In this document: positions 13,127-23,354 of the stretch, one piece after another
Position numbering within the stretch: the stretch's first letter is position 1
Layout: the number at the start of each line of letters is the position of its first letter
Assembly (NCBI GenBank): GCA_964648205.1
Contig: CAZYNT010000010.1
Location: forward strand, 1-24,000
Length of the DNA stretch: 24,000 nt
Direction of reading: 5' to 3'
From: an uncultured Gammaproteobacteria bacterium
GTDB lineage: Bacteria > Patescibacteriota > Patescibacteriia > Patescibacteriales > UBA12465
Position numbers and translations under genes: made by a program
The notes under the pieces: model-generated
Seen by the model: only the letters and a program-made list of their open reading frames with translations
What the model was told of the DNA's origin: nothing
Database searches by the model: none

Positions 13127-16100
13127 TTAAGTTCCGTCGGCTTAACGATATATCTCTGGATGAAACGTAAAATCTCTAGCAAACTGGTTGCTTCTTTAGC
13201 CTCGCTTAAAAGCTCTTCTCGACTCTTATCTATTTTTTCAAAATATCCGGCGGGCGCTTTTTCTAGGTTAGCGAAATAATGTTTTAAAATCGGACGAACG
13301 ACGCTCTCGGCGTATTTTAATTGCTTCTTATTATCCAGCGTTAAAATCTTGCCGCCGATCAAGCCTTCGCCGGCAGCCACTACCTGGTCGCTATTAACCA
13401 AAAGATCAGAGTCATTCTTATAAAAATAGGTGCTATAAGGCTCTTTAAATTTAACAACGCTTTCTTTTTCTTCAAAATCGCCGCGGAAGCCAAAACTGGC
13501 CGAACCGACTTCCGGACAAACAAAATTCAATGATAAAGAGTCTTTCTTAATTGTCTTATCCAGGCCGGCTTTAGAGTCGGTTTTTATTTTTCCTAAATGG
13601 TCTTGCAAACGCTGGAAATAAGCAAGAGACGGAGAACCCTTAGCTAATTTTGATTTTTTTTCATTAATGGAATCACGAATAAGTTTGCAAATGGTATTCA
13701 ATAGTACTTTAGCTTCCGGACTTTCGGGATTATCTAAAACCTCAAATCCTTTTTCTTTGCCAACCTGTTCAAAATTACGGATCACCGACCCTAAAATATC
13801 ATAACGAGCTTCATTAAGATGGCCGATCTTTGTTCCGTTAGTAGACAAAATCCAGGCCAATTCTTCAAGCGCATAGCCGATATATTCTTCCTTTTCCGCC
13901 CCCGAGACAGATTCTTGGACCATAGCGAAGAAGGCTTCTTTAAAAACCGGACTCTCTTTCAAATTTTTAACAATGCCGTTATAACGTTCATAATCTTTTT
14001 GGTTGCCGCTTAAAAATTCTTGGTATCTTTGAACTTTAATATTATCTAAACCAAAAGTATCAATAATTTTTTCATATTGCCTAGCCTCGCAATCGCCAAT
14101 TTCTCCTGCTTTCTGGCGAGCCGCGCTTTCGCTTTTGCCATAACGAACCTGATAATTATTAACCTGGATTTCATCGCAAATAACTAAATTAACTTTCCGG
14201 CCCTGATTATTAAGCCAAAACAAATAGCCGTATATATCAATCGGCTTGGCCGCTTTTTTTTCATTTTCAAAAACCGCTTCCCAGGATGGCAAATCCTTGG
14301 AAATGCCAACCGGAAAATATAAAGGAGCTTGGTCGGGAATATTTTCCGGCTTAACCTCGTTATTTTCAAAATTACTGAAACCATTTGGCAATTTAGTTTC
14401 TTCCTGCCCGTAAATCAGCTGATCCATTTTATTCTCCAAAGCGATTTGCAGGGGGAGGGCTTGCTGTAATTTTTTAATAGCCTCTTCATAAAGAGCCTGC
14501 TCCTCGGAAATCGGCCCGCTCAAAACATCGTGGTATTTTTTTATTTTTTCCGACCAGGCAGATGCTTCCGTTTCTCCGTCGGCCGACCCTTCTTCTTTTT
14601 TTAATTCCGCCAAAACCTGCCGGATGGCTTCCGGGCGGCAGCTTTCGACTTCCGCCATCGTTCGATAATATTCAATCATTTCTTTTATCCGCTCCGCGCT
14701 AAACTTTTTATGCTGTTCAAAGTCCCGGCGAATCAGCGTCTGAGTCGCTTCATCAAAATCCTTGATCATTTGGGGAAAATTTTGATCATCGGCAATTTCG
14801 GCGGCGTCGTCATAAGGCGAAGCAAGCCCTTCCAAAACATCAATGCCGAGCTGACGATAAACTTCGTTAAGTTTTTTGGCCATTTCTCCAAATTCCGCCA
14901 AATTCTCTTGGCTTCTAAGCAACTCCTCATTAAAGCTTGAGACCAATTTATCAATATCAACTGCGCTGGTCGCCGGATCGTTAACTTTAATATTAGCTTC
15001 GGTTAACAAATTACTGGCTCGGGAAAGACTGGCTCGTACGAACCTTTTCGTATCAATATTTTTATCGAAAAATATTTCCTGGTACATCCGTGAAACATCC
15101 TGAGTCTCGCTAGAATCATTAATTTCTGCCACCTTGGAAAGCAGCTGATTAATTTGTTCGGGCTTTAATTTTTTTCCTAAATTAATAATAGCTTCGCCGA
15201 TGCCATAGTCAATATTCAGGCATAAGAATGATTTTATCCGGTTGATTTTATCTTCTTCTGTTTTCGCCTCATTTATAAAGGCGGCGATTTCTCTTACTCT
15301 CTCTTCATTATTTTCACTCAAAAACCTTAATAAATATATCTGGTAGCGGAAAGGGATTTCTTTCAGATCAATGCCTACTTGGTCGTTGATATAGGCTTCC
15401 ATATCAGGGCGATGCATGTGCTTTAAAAATAGAGAAATTTCTTCAGTCTCTTTATCATTTATATAATCGGCCATTTGGCTGTCTTTAGACAGCGAATTAT
15501 AGTCGTAAAAATTAATTTCCAGCGCGTCATTTTTCAAATTTCTACCCAGTGTTTGTAATTTATTGGCTAGCCCCTTGGCAACTTCTGCAAAATTGGCATT
15601 AATCAACGAGCGCTCCCGCTCATAATTTTCAAGCAATTTCGCGTGCCGGCTGCCGGCGCTTTCATATAGCTCCGCCGTTAGCTTCTCGGCGGCCACAAAA
15701 TTATTGTGATGTTCTTTTTTCAAACCCTCATAACCTAACCATAATTGGCCACAGACGTCTTTTCCGTTAAACAACTTTTCCGGCTGGTTATTTTTTTTAT
15801 CAAAAGACTTCAGAAGATTAAGGCCGCTGACAAAATCAACTACCGCCGAATAAGCTTTTTCCGAATTACCTTGTCTATAGCCTGAAACAAATTTTTCCCA
15901 TATCGACTGAAGGTTGGCATTATGTTCAGCTTCTAAAATTTTTGAGGCGGCCGTGTTGAAGTAATCTAAAAAATTATCAGTCGCCTGCAAATTTTGATTC
16001 TTGGCCTTAGCATTTATGTTTGCTCTTTTTATCCGCAAATCGTCTTTCAGTTGGTCAATCTTGTCCTGATTACTAAAAAATTCCAGCCAACTTTCCCGGG

Positions 16101-17313
16101 ATATGCCGGAATCCAGTTGCGACCAAAGATCCGCTAATTTGTTCCTATCTCGACTGTCAATCTCATAGTAGGGCGAGAAAATCCGATCGTTTACCGCGGA
16201 AATTAAATTCTCAACGTTGATTTTTTTGTTATGGGAAAAAACATTTTCAATCTTTTTTAAATCAACTAGGGATATTTTCGCGGGCCGCTCTTTCTTTTGG
16301 TTATATTCATCCGCTGAAAACGGACCATAACTTACGGGGGTATTACTATGATCTATCACGGCCATAGCATCAGCCGCCACTCTCACTAACTTATCGCCGG
16401 GTTGAATCGGAATATTAGAATAAACTATCTTTTCTAATCTGTCCGATTCTTCTTTTTCAGCCAAAGATAAACTTTCGTTAAGGCGCAAATTACCCTTATC
16501 ATCAGAATATTTGACGATGCCCAGGCTAGGATCGACTTCTTCCTTGTCGAGCTGCCTCTCAGTCAAATTTATGGCGTAACGTAAAAATGCCGAGTTGGTG
16601 CCCGTTTTCATGCTCTGCAATAACAGGCGGAGATTATCCAGCCCTCTTTCAGATGTTCCTGTCCCAGCTGCGTCGGCCGATAATAATTTAATTAAATGGA
16701 TTTCGTCAAATTGCTCGGCAAATGATTTCTTTTTAAAGGTTTCTAAAAATCTGGTAAAATTTTCCTGCCCATATTCCCATGATAAGCTATAAACCAAATC
16801 ATCAACCATGCAGCTGCCGATTTGCCCATAAATTTCCGCCGATCGCGTCGCTTTGGCGGCCAGGCCGAACTTATCTTCTATATCAAGATTAGAACTTAAG
16901 CATGGACTGGAACTAAAATAAATATCTTTAATGACTTTTAAAAACTGGTTAAAATTAGGCTCCTTTTGATTTTCTTCACAAAATTTTAATAATTCGCTAA
17001 TCGTTATTTTATTAGCTTCCCTGATTCGTCCGGCATATTCTTCGTTCGGATTAAATTTTTTGTCCGCCTTGGAAAAATATGAATTAATCTTATCTTCTAA
17101 TTCATAATACTTCCGATAATCATCCACCGGCGCTTGTTCATTATTTTTTAAATAATTATTAAAAAAATCATGGGCTAGCGCTTGCAGCTCATTTTTTTGC
17201 TCCGGGTTCAAAAGACTGTTTTCATCATCTGGTATTTTTGTTTCCCGACTCTTTTGGCTGTTTGGAGCCGTTTTAAAATTATTAAAATCTAAACCCTTTG
17301 TTTCCCTAAACAT
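13123..17313 (-). CDS. Very large hypothetical protein (~1,396 aa), mostly helical, no recognised domain
   Basis: Uninterrupted ORF 13123..17334. The track start is a TTG; the first in-frame ATG is at 17313 (MFRETKG), with GGGGAGAG 13 nt upstream, so the start is uncertain. The gene is AT-rich (~32-37% GC in sampled lines). Confidence 0.7.
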   Translation of the reverse strand: MFRETKGLDFNNFKTAPNSQKSRETKIPDDENSLLNPEQKNELQALAHDFFNNYLKNNEQAPVDDYRKYYELEDKINSYFSKADKKFNPNEEYAGRIREANKITISELLKFCEENQKEPNFNQFLKVIKDIYFSSSPCLSSNLDIEDKFGLAAKATRSAEIYGQIGSCMVDDLVYSLSWEYGQENFTRFLETFKKKSFAEQFDEIHLIKLLSADAAGTGTSERGLDNLRLLLQSMKTGTNSAFLRYAINLTERQLDKEEVDPSLGIVKYSDDKGNLRLNESLSLAEKEESDRLEKIVYSNIPIQPGDKLVRVAADAMAVIDHSNTPVSYGPFSADEYNQKKERPAKISLVDLKKIENVFSHNKKINVENLISAVNDRIFSPYYEIDSRDRNKLADLWSQLDSGISRESWLEFFSNQDKIDQLKDDLRIKRANINAKAKNQNLQATDNFLDYFNTAASKILEAEHNANLQSIWEKFVSGYRQGNSEKAYSAVVDFVSGLNLLKSFDKKNNQPEKLFNGKDVCGQLWLGYEGLKKEHHNNFVAAEKLTAELYESAGSRHAKLLENYERERSLINANFAEVAKGLANKLQTLGRNLKNDALEINFYDYNSLSKDSQMADYINDKETEEISLFLKHMHRPDMEAYINDQVGIDLKEIPFRYQIYLLRFLSENNEERVREIAAFINEAKTEEDKINRIKSFLCLNIDYGIGEAIINLGKKLKPEQINQLLSKVAEINDSSETQDVSRMYQEIFFDKNIDTKRFVRASLSRASNLLTEANIKVNDPATSAVDIDKLVSSFNEELLRSQENLAEFGEMAKKLNEVYRQLGIDVLEGLASPYDDAAEIADDQNFPQMIKDFDEATQTLIRRDFEQHKKFSAERIKEMIEYYRTMAEVESCRPEAIRQVLAELKKEEGSADGETEASAWSEKIKKYHDVLSGPISEEQALYEEAIKKLQQALPLQIALENKMDQLIYGQEETKLPNGFSNFENNEVKPENIPDQAPLYFPVGISKDLPSWEAVFENEKKAAKPIDIYGYLFWLNNQGRKVNLVICDEIQVNNYQVRYGKSESAARQKAGEIGDCEARQYEKIIDTFGLDNIKVQRYQEFLSGNQKDYERYNGIVKNLKESPVFKEAFFAMVQESVSGAEKEEYIGYALEELAWILSTNGTKIGHLNEARYDILGSVIRNFEQVGKEKGFEVLDNPESPEAKVLLNTICKLIRDSINEKKSKLAKGSPSLAYFQRLQDHLGKIKTDSKAGLDKTIKKDSLSLNFVCPEVGSASFGFRGDFEEKESVVKFKEPYSTYFYKNDSDLLVNSDQVVAAGEGLIGGKILTLDNKKQLKYAESVVRPILKHYFANLEKAPAGYFEKIDKSREELLSEAKEATSLLEILRFIQRYIVKPTELN

Positions 17314-17385
17314 AACATTAAATTCTCTCCCCAAAATTAATTAATCCCTTATTTTAAATACTTTTTTATCTAAATTTTATCTAAA

Positions 17386-17414
17386 TATAATAACACATTT
17401 TTACTTTTTTGTAA
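17386..17414 (-). promoter_or_regulatory. Candidate promoter for the giant gene
   Basis: On the minus strand: TTTACA (17409-17414), a 17-nt spacer, then TATTAT (17386-17391). Confidence 0.45.
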
Positions 17415-17446
17415 AGATTTTTAAAAAAATAGGCATTTCCCCAATA

Positions 17447-18469
17447 TTAAAAGCCCAGGTTCTTCTTTACTTGGTTTAACAGAATCTCAGCTCTTTCTTC
17501 ATTATGGCCGAATTTTAAAAACCAATAAGTCGAAGTGCGGATCGCCGTCCAATTATAATATAGATCAATCCGCGCCTGGAGATTAGCATCCATTTCCAGG
17601 CCGGCGGCCGACAAATAACTCCGCAGGAATAATTCTTTCATTTTCGCCGCAAACTCGGCGTCATTCAGCTTTGTCGTTATCTTATAATCCAATTGCTGCA
17701 TGAAAGTGCCGAGATCCCGGGCAAAGTCGCCCAAACACAAATCAGTAAAATCAATCAGCCCTACCCTGTCCGCGGCCGTCTTGATGATATTTTCCGGATG
17801 CGCGTCGCCATGAATTAATTTCAAAGGCTCTCCGGAATCAAAAAATTTTTCTTCTTCAGAAATAAAATGCGCGTATATCTTCTGCAGGCACAGCGTATAT
17901 TTATCGCCATAACGCGCCGACATCTCTTGAAAAATTACTGCCGTTCCGGGGATAACCGTCCGAATTCGGGAATTAATGGGGTTAAAGTTAATTTCCGTTC
18001 CCGAAGGAAGCGCGTGCAATTTGGCGAACAGTTCGGCGGAGGCGACAATAATATCTTCAATCGCCTTGTAGTCCTTCTCTTTAATATAGTAAAGCAAATT
18101 TTCCCCCCTCAAGGCGCGGTAAAAGGTGCCGTTGAAGCGCTCCGAATAAAATAGAGGCCGGGGCAAATCTACGCCGTGGCCGGAAAAATTTTTCTTCCAA
18201 AGATACTTAAGGGCGATATAAACATTTTCCCGCTGTTCTTCGCTGTGTGCCGAACAGACGACGGGAATTTTTTTCTCATCGCCGGCCGGCGTCAAAAAAT
18301 AAACATCGAAACCGATGACCACATGATAAGTTGTTTCCCAGATCATTTTTTTGTACGGCTTTATCGCCACGCGCTTGATATCTTTAAAAACCGGATAAAG
18401 CGGCAGGAGCTTACGTTTAAAATAACCCAGGACGAACTGTTCGTCGAATAAATTTAATATTTTATTCAT
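17447..18469 (-). CDS. Phosphotransferase (APH/choline-kinase-like) family kinase, possibly sugar/maltose-kinase-like given its neighbours
   Basis: Catalytic loop LIHGDAHPENI (HxDxxxxN) and metal-binding LIDFTD. The start overlaps the upstream GH57 gene by 8 nt. Confidence 0.65.
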   Translation of the reverse strand: MNKILNLFDEQFVLGYFKRKLLPLYPVFKDIKRVAIKPYKKMIWETTYHVVIGFDVYFLTPAGDEKKIPVVCSAHSEEQRENVYIALKYLWKKNFSGHGVDLPRPLFYSERFNGTFYRALRGENLLYYIKEKDYKAIEDIIVASAELFAKLHALPSGTEINFNPINSRIRTVIPGTAVIFQEMSARYGDKYTLCLQKIYAHFISEEEKFFDSGEPLKLIHGDAHPENIIKTAADRVGLIDFTDLCLGDFARDLGTFMQQLDYKITTKLNDAEFAAKMKELFLRSYLSAAGLEMDANLQARIDLYYNWTAIRTSTYWFLKFGHNEERAEILLNQVKKNLGF

Positions 18470-19637
18470 ATTGTTTTTTCCAGTGTTTTTTCCAGTGCTC
18501 TTCCCAGATCATTTTTTTTATCTTCAGATAATACCTTTCCGCCTCCAGCTTCTTCTTCTTGGTTTTTACGTCATAAAGCGAACGGACGCTGCGGATTAGG
18601 TCTTCCAAGCCGCGTTCGATATCATCGGGGCTCCAAGTATAGGGGCCGAAAAGTTTTGAAAAATCGCGGGCGCTCGCCCACCAGAATGTACAGCTCGCGA
18701 GACCCCGCGCCAGATGCCAGCGATACCAATAATAATTCTTATCTTTTTTGTATTTGGCCTCCAACTCTAAGGAAAGATTAGCTAGGCGCCAGAGATAGAT
18801 CTGAATCTTATTTTTTTTATTCTGCCACAGAAAATAAGCCTGGTTATTTTTTATTTCTCCGGCCGTAGACTCCCAAGAGGAGAGATAAATTTTTATTTTG
18901 GCCGCTTTCTTTCTGGATATTTTATTCAACCAAGCGGACAGCGTCATGGTTTTAAGCCCCCGGCTCTTCACGATTTTTTCTATCTCCCCAGTCGGGTCTT
19001 CATGGCGCAAGCCATACAATTCGGCATCGGTCGCGCTCAAGCGAACCGTTTCTTCTTTCAATAAAGCAAATAATTTGTCGGGTGGATAAGCATTCGATAC
19101 TTCCCGCTGGCGGAAGATGACTTTTAGCCCGCTCGCCTCATCAATATACGGGCGGTTGAGTTCCGGTTTTTCCTTGCCGCCGCCGCTATAAGAAATCTCG
19201 TCTAAAATAATCCATTGGTATCCCAGTTTTTTCACAATCTTGGCCACCGCCGGCGAATAAGCCATTTCAGGCAGAAAAAAACCGGCCGGCTTGAAATTTT
19301 TGCCGAATATCTTTTTTAAAATCTTCTCGTTTTCTTTTATCTGCCGGATTACTTCCCGCTCAGGCAGAAGCGGCAAAAAGCCATGATAATGGGCGGAACC
19401 GGTCAATTCTACCCTCCCTTTTTTCACTAAAAATTTAAGGCGCTCGATAAAAGCTTTTTCTTTAGCCTCTTCCAGGCGCTCAAGCAGGCAGCCGCTGACA
19501 TTGAAAGTCATTTTAATTTCCGGATGCTCCTCCATCAGGCGGATCAAGCGCCAATAGCTTTTGTCCAGCGCCTTGCGAATATTATAAAATTCGGCGTTAG
19601 CGGGCTGATAAAAATGCAAAAAATTAATCCAGGTCAT
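18462..19637 (-). CDS. Glycoside hydrolase family 57-like protein
   Basis: The N-terminus MTWINFLHFYQPAN resembles the GH57 HxHQP beginning. The gene sits in an alpha-glucan context, 5 nt downstream of glgA. Confidence 0.6.
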   Translation of the reverse strand: MTWINFLHFYQPANAEFYNIRKALDKSYWRLIRLMEEHPEIKMTFNVSGCLLERLEEAKEKAFIERLKFLVKKGRVELTGSAHYHGFLPLLPEREVIRQIKENEKILKKIFGKNFKPAGFFLPEMAYSPAVAKIVKKLGYQWIILDEISYSGGGKEKPELNRPYIDEASGLKVIFRQREVSNAYPPDKLFALLKEETVRLSATDAELYGLRHEDPTGEIEKIVKSRGLKTMTLSAWLNKISRKKAAKIKIYLSSWESTAGEIKNNQAYFLWQNKKNKIQIYLWRLANLSLELEAKYKKDKNYYWYRWHLARGLASCTFWWASARDFSKLFGPYTWSPDDIERGLEDLIRSVRSLYDVKTKKKKLEAERYYLKIKKMIWEEHWKKHWKKQYE

Positions 19638-19642
19638 AAATT

Positions 19643-21100
19643 TTAGTCTTTAATGACTCTCTTATAGAGCTCGATATATTTTCGGGCGGGGATTTCCCAG
19701 CTTGTCGAGCGCTTCATCGCCCGCTTCACCAGGCTTTCCCAAACTTTTTTATGCTTATAATTTTCCAACGCCCGGATAATCGTCGCGTAAAATAAAATTT
19801 CGTCTTCAGTTTTAAAAGTAAAGCCGGTTCCTTTACCGGTTGCCGGGTTGAAATCTTCAACGGTGTCATATAAGCCGCCGATTTCGCGGACGACGGGGAT
19901 GCAGCCATAGCGCATCGCAATCAGCTGGTTAATCCCGCACGGCTCATGATTTGAGGGCAGAAGAAACAAATCGGCGGCCGCATAAAGCAGGCTCTCTTTC
20001 TTCTGATCGAAGGGCAGCCAGACGATTTTGGCGCTATTTTTTTTCTGCAGCTTTTTGATGGGCTGGATATATTCTTTGCTGCCATCGCCCAAAAAAACGA
20101 GCTGGATGTCTAGTTTCAAGAGAGCGTCGATGATTTTCAAAATCAAATTAAATCCCTTTTGGAAAGTAACCCGCGAAGTTGTACATAGTATCGGCACGTC
20201 TTTATTGACCGGCAACCCGATATTTTTCTGGAGAAATTTTTTATTTTCAGCTTTAGTGCTTAATTTATTGAACGAATAGCGGCGGTGCAAATCTTTGTCT
20301 TTCTCCGGGTTATAGGTATTATAATCAATTCCGTTGATGATGCCGAATAAGCGGCCGGAGCGATTCTTCAAAATGCGCTGCAAATCCTGGCCGAATTTCT
20401 TGGTCATTATTTCTTCGCGGTACTGCTCGCTGACCGTATTGATTATATCGGCGGACAGGATGGCGCGCTTGGCGAAATTTATATCTTCAAGGCGGGGATC
20501 GCTTAAATGCGGAATCCGGCTGCGCCCGTAATCTCTGCGCGCCAAAGGAATCTCCCACCAATTATGCCCGAGCTGAAAAATCAAATTATGAATCGTAAAA
20601 ACAGTTTTCGCTTTCTTTAGGGTTTTAGAATAACGGAAATCAGTTTTTAAATAATAAGGAATGAGGCCAGTCTGCCAATCATGGCAATGAATAATGTCGG
20701 CCGAAAATTTCAACAAAGACAGCAGCTTTAAAGCGGCGACATTAAATATCAAAAAGCGGGCATTTTCATGAGCCGACCCGTAAATTCTTTTATGCTTGGA
20801 AAAAAAAGTCTTATTTTCAACGAAATAGACGGGCAGGCCTTTCATCAAATAGCCCCGCCAAAAATTAACCCTGACCTTTTCTTGCGAATTAAGGATTAAA
20901 TTAACGTTTTCAAAAATTAATTCCAAATTATGCTCCTTTTTATTAATGGTGCGCCCGTAAAGCGGCGTAATTAAAATAACTTCATGGCCTAACCTGCTTA
21001 AGGCTTTAGGCAGGCTGCGGCTGACATCGCCAAGCCCGCCCGTCTTTGAAAACGGAGCAACCTCGGAGGCGATATGCACAATCTTTAATTTTTTGGGCAT
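19643..21100 (-). CDS. glgA: Glycogen/starch synthase (GT5)
   Basis: N-terminal SKTGGLGDV (KxGGL motif), a length of 485 aa, and a C-terminal GT-B region with PSNHEPCGINQL. Confidence 0.9.
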   Translation of the reverse strand: MPKKLKIVHIASEVAPFSKTGGLGDVSRSLPKALSRLGHEVILITPLYGRTINKKEHNLELIFENVNLILNSQEKVRVNFWRGYLMKGLPVYFVENKTFFSKHKRIYGSAHENARFLIFNVAALKLLSLLKFSADIIHCHDWQTGLIPYYLKTDFRYSKTLKKAKTVFTIHNLIFQLGHNWWEIPLARRDYGRSRIPHLSDPRLEDINFAKRAILSADIINTVSEQYREEIMTKKFGQDLQRILKNRSGRLFGIINGIDYNTYNPEKDKDLHRRYSFNKLSTKAENKKFLQKNIGLPVNKDVPILCTTSRVTFQKGFNLILKIIDALLKLDIQLVFLGDGSKEYIQPIKKLQKKNSAKIVWLPFDQKKESLLYAAADLFLLPSNHEPCGINQLIAMRYGCIPVVREIGGLYDTVEDFNPATGKGTGFTFKTEDEILFYATIIRALENYKHKKVWESLVKRAMKRSTSWEIPARKYIELYKRVIKD

Positions 21101-21573
21101 AACCGGCAGCTTAAACCGCAGATAGCGACGGCCAGAGCGTCCGCCGCATCATCCGGTTTGGGCAGTTCTTTTAAATTAAGGATGAGTTTGACCATTTTTT
21201 GGACTTGCAATTTAGAGGCCTGTCCGTAAGCCGAGACGGCCGACTTAACTTGCGAAGGGGTGTAGTCAACAATGGTCAATTTGTTTTGTTTGAGAGTCAA
21301 GAGAACGACGCCGCGGGCCTGGCCGACAATCAGAGCCGTGCGGACGTTCTTATTAAAAAATAATTGTTCAATCGCGGCTAAATCCGGCCGGTACTTTTTA
21401 ATAATTTTATCGAGGGCGCGATGTAAAATATCCAAGCGCGATATTAAATCTAATTTCGCGTCAGTTTTAATCGAGCCGTAAGTGAGGCAGGTTAATTTGC
21501 TTCCCTCCGATTTAATCACGCCGTAGCCGGTGTCGGCGATTCCCGGATCAATTCCTAAAATAATTTTCGCCAT
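21085..21573 (-). CDS. ruvC: Crossover junction endodeoxyribonuclease RuvC
   Basis: ILGIDPGIADTGYGVI N-terminus, 162 aa, and a C-terminal DAADALAVAIC motif. It overlaps the glgA start by 16 nt. Confidence 0.9.
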   Translation of the reverse strand: MAKIILGIDPGIADTGYGVIKSEGSKLTCLTYGSIKTDAKLDLISRLDILHRALDKIIKKYRPDLAAIEQLFFNKNVRTALIVGQARGVVLLTLKQNKLTIVDYTPSQVKSAVSAYGQASKLQVQKMVKLILNLKELPKPDDAADALAVAICGLSCRLCPKN

Positions 21574-21584
21574 AAGAAGCGGCT

Positions 21585-22304
21585 TTATAATAAATTAGTA
21601 TAATAGTCACTAACATCTTCATTCGCTTCCAGCTCTTCCATAAATTTATCTAATTTCGCCTTATCTTCGGCGTTAAGCTCCATTTTTTCTTTGGCAACAT
21701 ACTCGATTTCAGCCGCTTCTATTTTCAGGCTTTTCGCTTCTAAAAAATCTCTGATTCTTTGCAAATCCCTGATTTCCGTTTGGATTGTAATGCCCTCTTC
21801 TTCTTTCTGGAAATCAACAATATTTTGGTCAATTAATTCCAATTCCAGATCTTCACCGCTCATTTTTTTCCCTTTGATCTCTTCGCTTGAAATTCTGATG
21901 ACGCCTAACTGGGAAAAATTCCATAAAACAGAGCCGAAGGCGCCGCCGATTTTGGTAAACGAATGGCGGACGGTCGAACCGCTGCGGTTTTTATTGTCGG
22001 TCAAACATTTAACCACAATTTGGATTCCGGGCGGGATTATGCCTTCATAATATAATTCTTCAACCGTGGCTCCCGAGAGTTCGCCGGTTCCTTTTTTAAT
22101 CGCGCGCTCAATGTTATCTTTGGGCATACTCGCGTCTCGAGCGCGATCAATGGCGGCGCGCAACGATGGATTCGCGTTCGGATCGCCGCCCTTGCGCGCG
22201 GCAATCGTAATAATATTGGCCAGTTTTGTAAAAACAGCCCCGCGTTTAGCGTCGACTAATTCTTTTTGACGATGGGTTGTCGCCCATTTTGAGTGTCCAG
22301 ACAT
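21585..22304 (-). CDS. yebC: YebC/PmpR family DNA-binding regulatory protein
   Basis: MSGHSKWATTHRQKELVDAKRGAVFTKL is the canonical YebC N-terminus. The protein is 239 aa and the gene lies immediately upstream of ruvC, as in many bacteria. Confidence 0.9.
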   Translation of the reverse strand: MSGHSKWATTHRQKELVDAKRGAVFTKLANIITIAARKGGDPNANPSLRAAIDRARDASMPKDNIERAIKKGTGELSGATVEELYYEGIIPPGIQIVVKCLTDNKNRSGSTVRHSFTKIGGAFGSVLWNFSQLGVIRISSEEIKGKKMSGEDLELELIDQNIVDFQKEEEGITIQTEIRDLQRIRDFLEAKSLKIEAAEIEYVAKEKMELNAEDKAKLDKFMEELEANEDVSDYYTNLL

Positions 22305-22344
22305 AAAATAAATTCATAAATAATCATTTTTATCCTACCGTAAA

Positions 22345-22373
22345 TTGAAATAAAAATCAAGATGAATTATAAT
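22345..22373 (+). promoter_or_regulatory. Candidate promoter for the 305-aa gene
   Basis: TTGAAA (22345-22350), a 17-nt spacer, then TATAAT (22368-22373). Confidence 0.5.
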
Positions 22374-22401
22374 AAAAACATAAGTAAAATAAAGCAAAAA
22401 T

Positions 22402-23319
22402 ATGAATTACAATAATTTGCCGAATCTTGATGAAACCGTTATCAGTGCTCTTGATTTTTTTATTAAAAATAAGCCGCCGCGCCTTAACCTTAAGCCGTTT
22501 TCCCTCCCCTTGGTCGTCGGTAGCGGCAACGCTTTCAATACGGCGCGAATCATCTTTTCCGGTCGGCCGGCGATTATCGGAAACGAAAGCAATTTCAAAA
22601 AAATCTTGAACGGCTATAAAAAATTAATCAAAAATAAAATAATAGATCGCGCCGTTATTATTTCGGCCTCGGGGGAAAAAGATTCCGTTTGGGAAGTAGG
22701 TGCCGCTAAAAAAAGCGGCCTAAAGACAACTCTTCTCACCTGTCAGGCGGAGTCAACCGCCGCCAAATCGGCGGATCAAGTTATTGTCTACAAAAAATTG
22801 CCGGAGCCGTATACTTATAACGTTTCGACCTATCTTGGAATAATTTTGTCCGCGGGCCGCGAAGAAGCGCGCAACATTAAAGAATATCTATTAAAATTAA
22901 AACTAACCAAAAATCTTAAAAAATATACCAGCTATTCCTTCATTCTGCCCGATGAATTTTCGGCGGTCGCGCCCATGCTGGAAATAAAAAGAGATGAATT
23001 GTTCGGTTCGCATGTCTTGTTGCGCGCTTTCAGCTTCGGCGAAGCCAGGCACGCAAAATTCGTCAATAATTCAGACAAAGAGCTGGTTATCAGCTTCGGA
23101 AAAAATAAATATTTCGGCCAGAGACAAAACCGCCTGGAAATAAAAATTCCAAAAAATGCGGGGAGTGGCTTTATGATGGCGCTGGGCTATTACTTGATCG
23201 GCAGAATCCAGGGCGTTAAACCCGCTTTTTTCAAAAAAAACATCGCCGCTTTCTGTAAAAACGGACCCAAAGCTTTTAGTAGTAATAAACCATTCGACGT
23301 AATCGTCGCTGGAAATTAG
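22402..23319 (+). CDS. Hypothetical protein, possibly SIS (sugar isomerase)-like
   Basis: VVGSGNAFNTARI and VIISASGEKDSV resemble SIS-domain glycine-loop and ISxSG motifs. This is a weak, recall-based assignment. Confidence 0.4.
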   Translation: MNYNNLPNLDETVISALDFFIKNKPPRLNLKPFSLPLVVGSGNAFNTARIIFSGRPAIIGNESNFKKILNGYKKLIKNKIIDRAVIISASGEKDSVWEVGAAKKSGLKTTLLTCQAESTAAKSADQVIVYKKLPEPYTYNVSTYLGIILSAGREEARNIKEYLLKLKLTKNLKKYTSYSFILPDEFSAVAPMLEIKRDELFGSHVLLRAFSFGEARHAKFVNNSDKELVISFGKNKYFGQRQNRLEIKIPKNAGSGFMMALGYYLIGRIQGVKPAFFKKNIAAFCKNGPKAFSSNKPFDVIVAGN

Positions 23320-23354
23320 AAAAATTTGCTGAAATAAAACAAAAAACAATAAAA

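Noticed and set aside
13123-14400. Possible class I aminoacyl-tRNA-synthetase-like signature (TKIGHLNE as a HIGH variant) in the C-terminal third of the giant protein.
   Set aside because: It is a single degenerate tetrapeptide with no convincing KMSKS partner or Rossmann-fold pattern, which is too weak to report as a feature.
16466-16505. Second CUGAUGA...GAAA arrangement on the minus strand (CUGAUGA-UAAGG...CCUUA-AC-GAAAG).
   Set aside because: It lies inside the giant ORF in the coding frame (…YSDDKGNLRLNESL…). It has two extra nucleotides between stem II and GAA, and stems I and III cannot be drawn.
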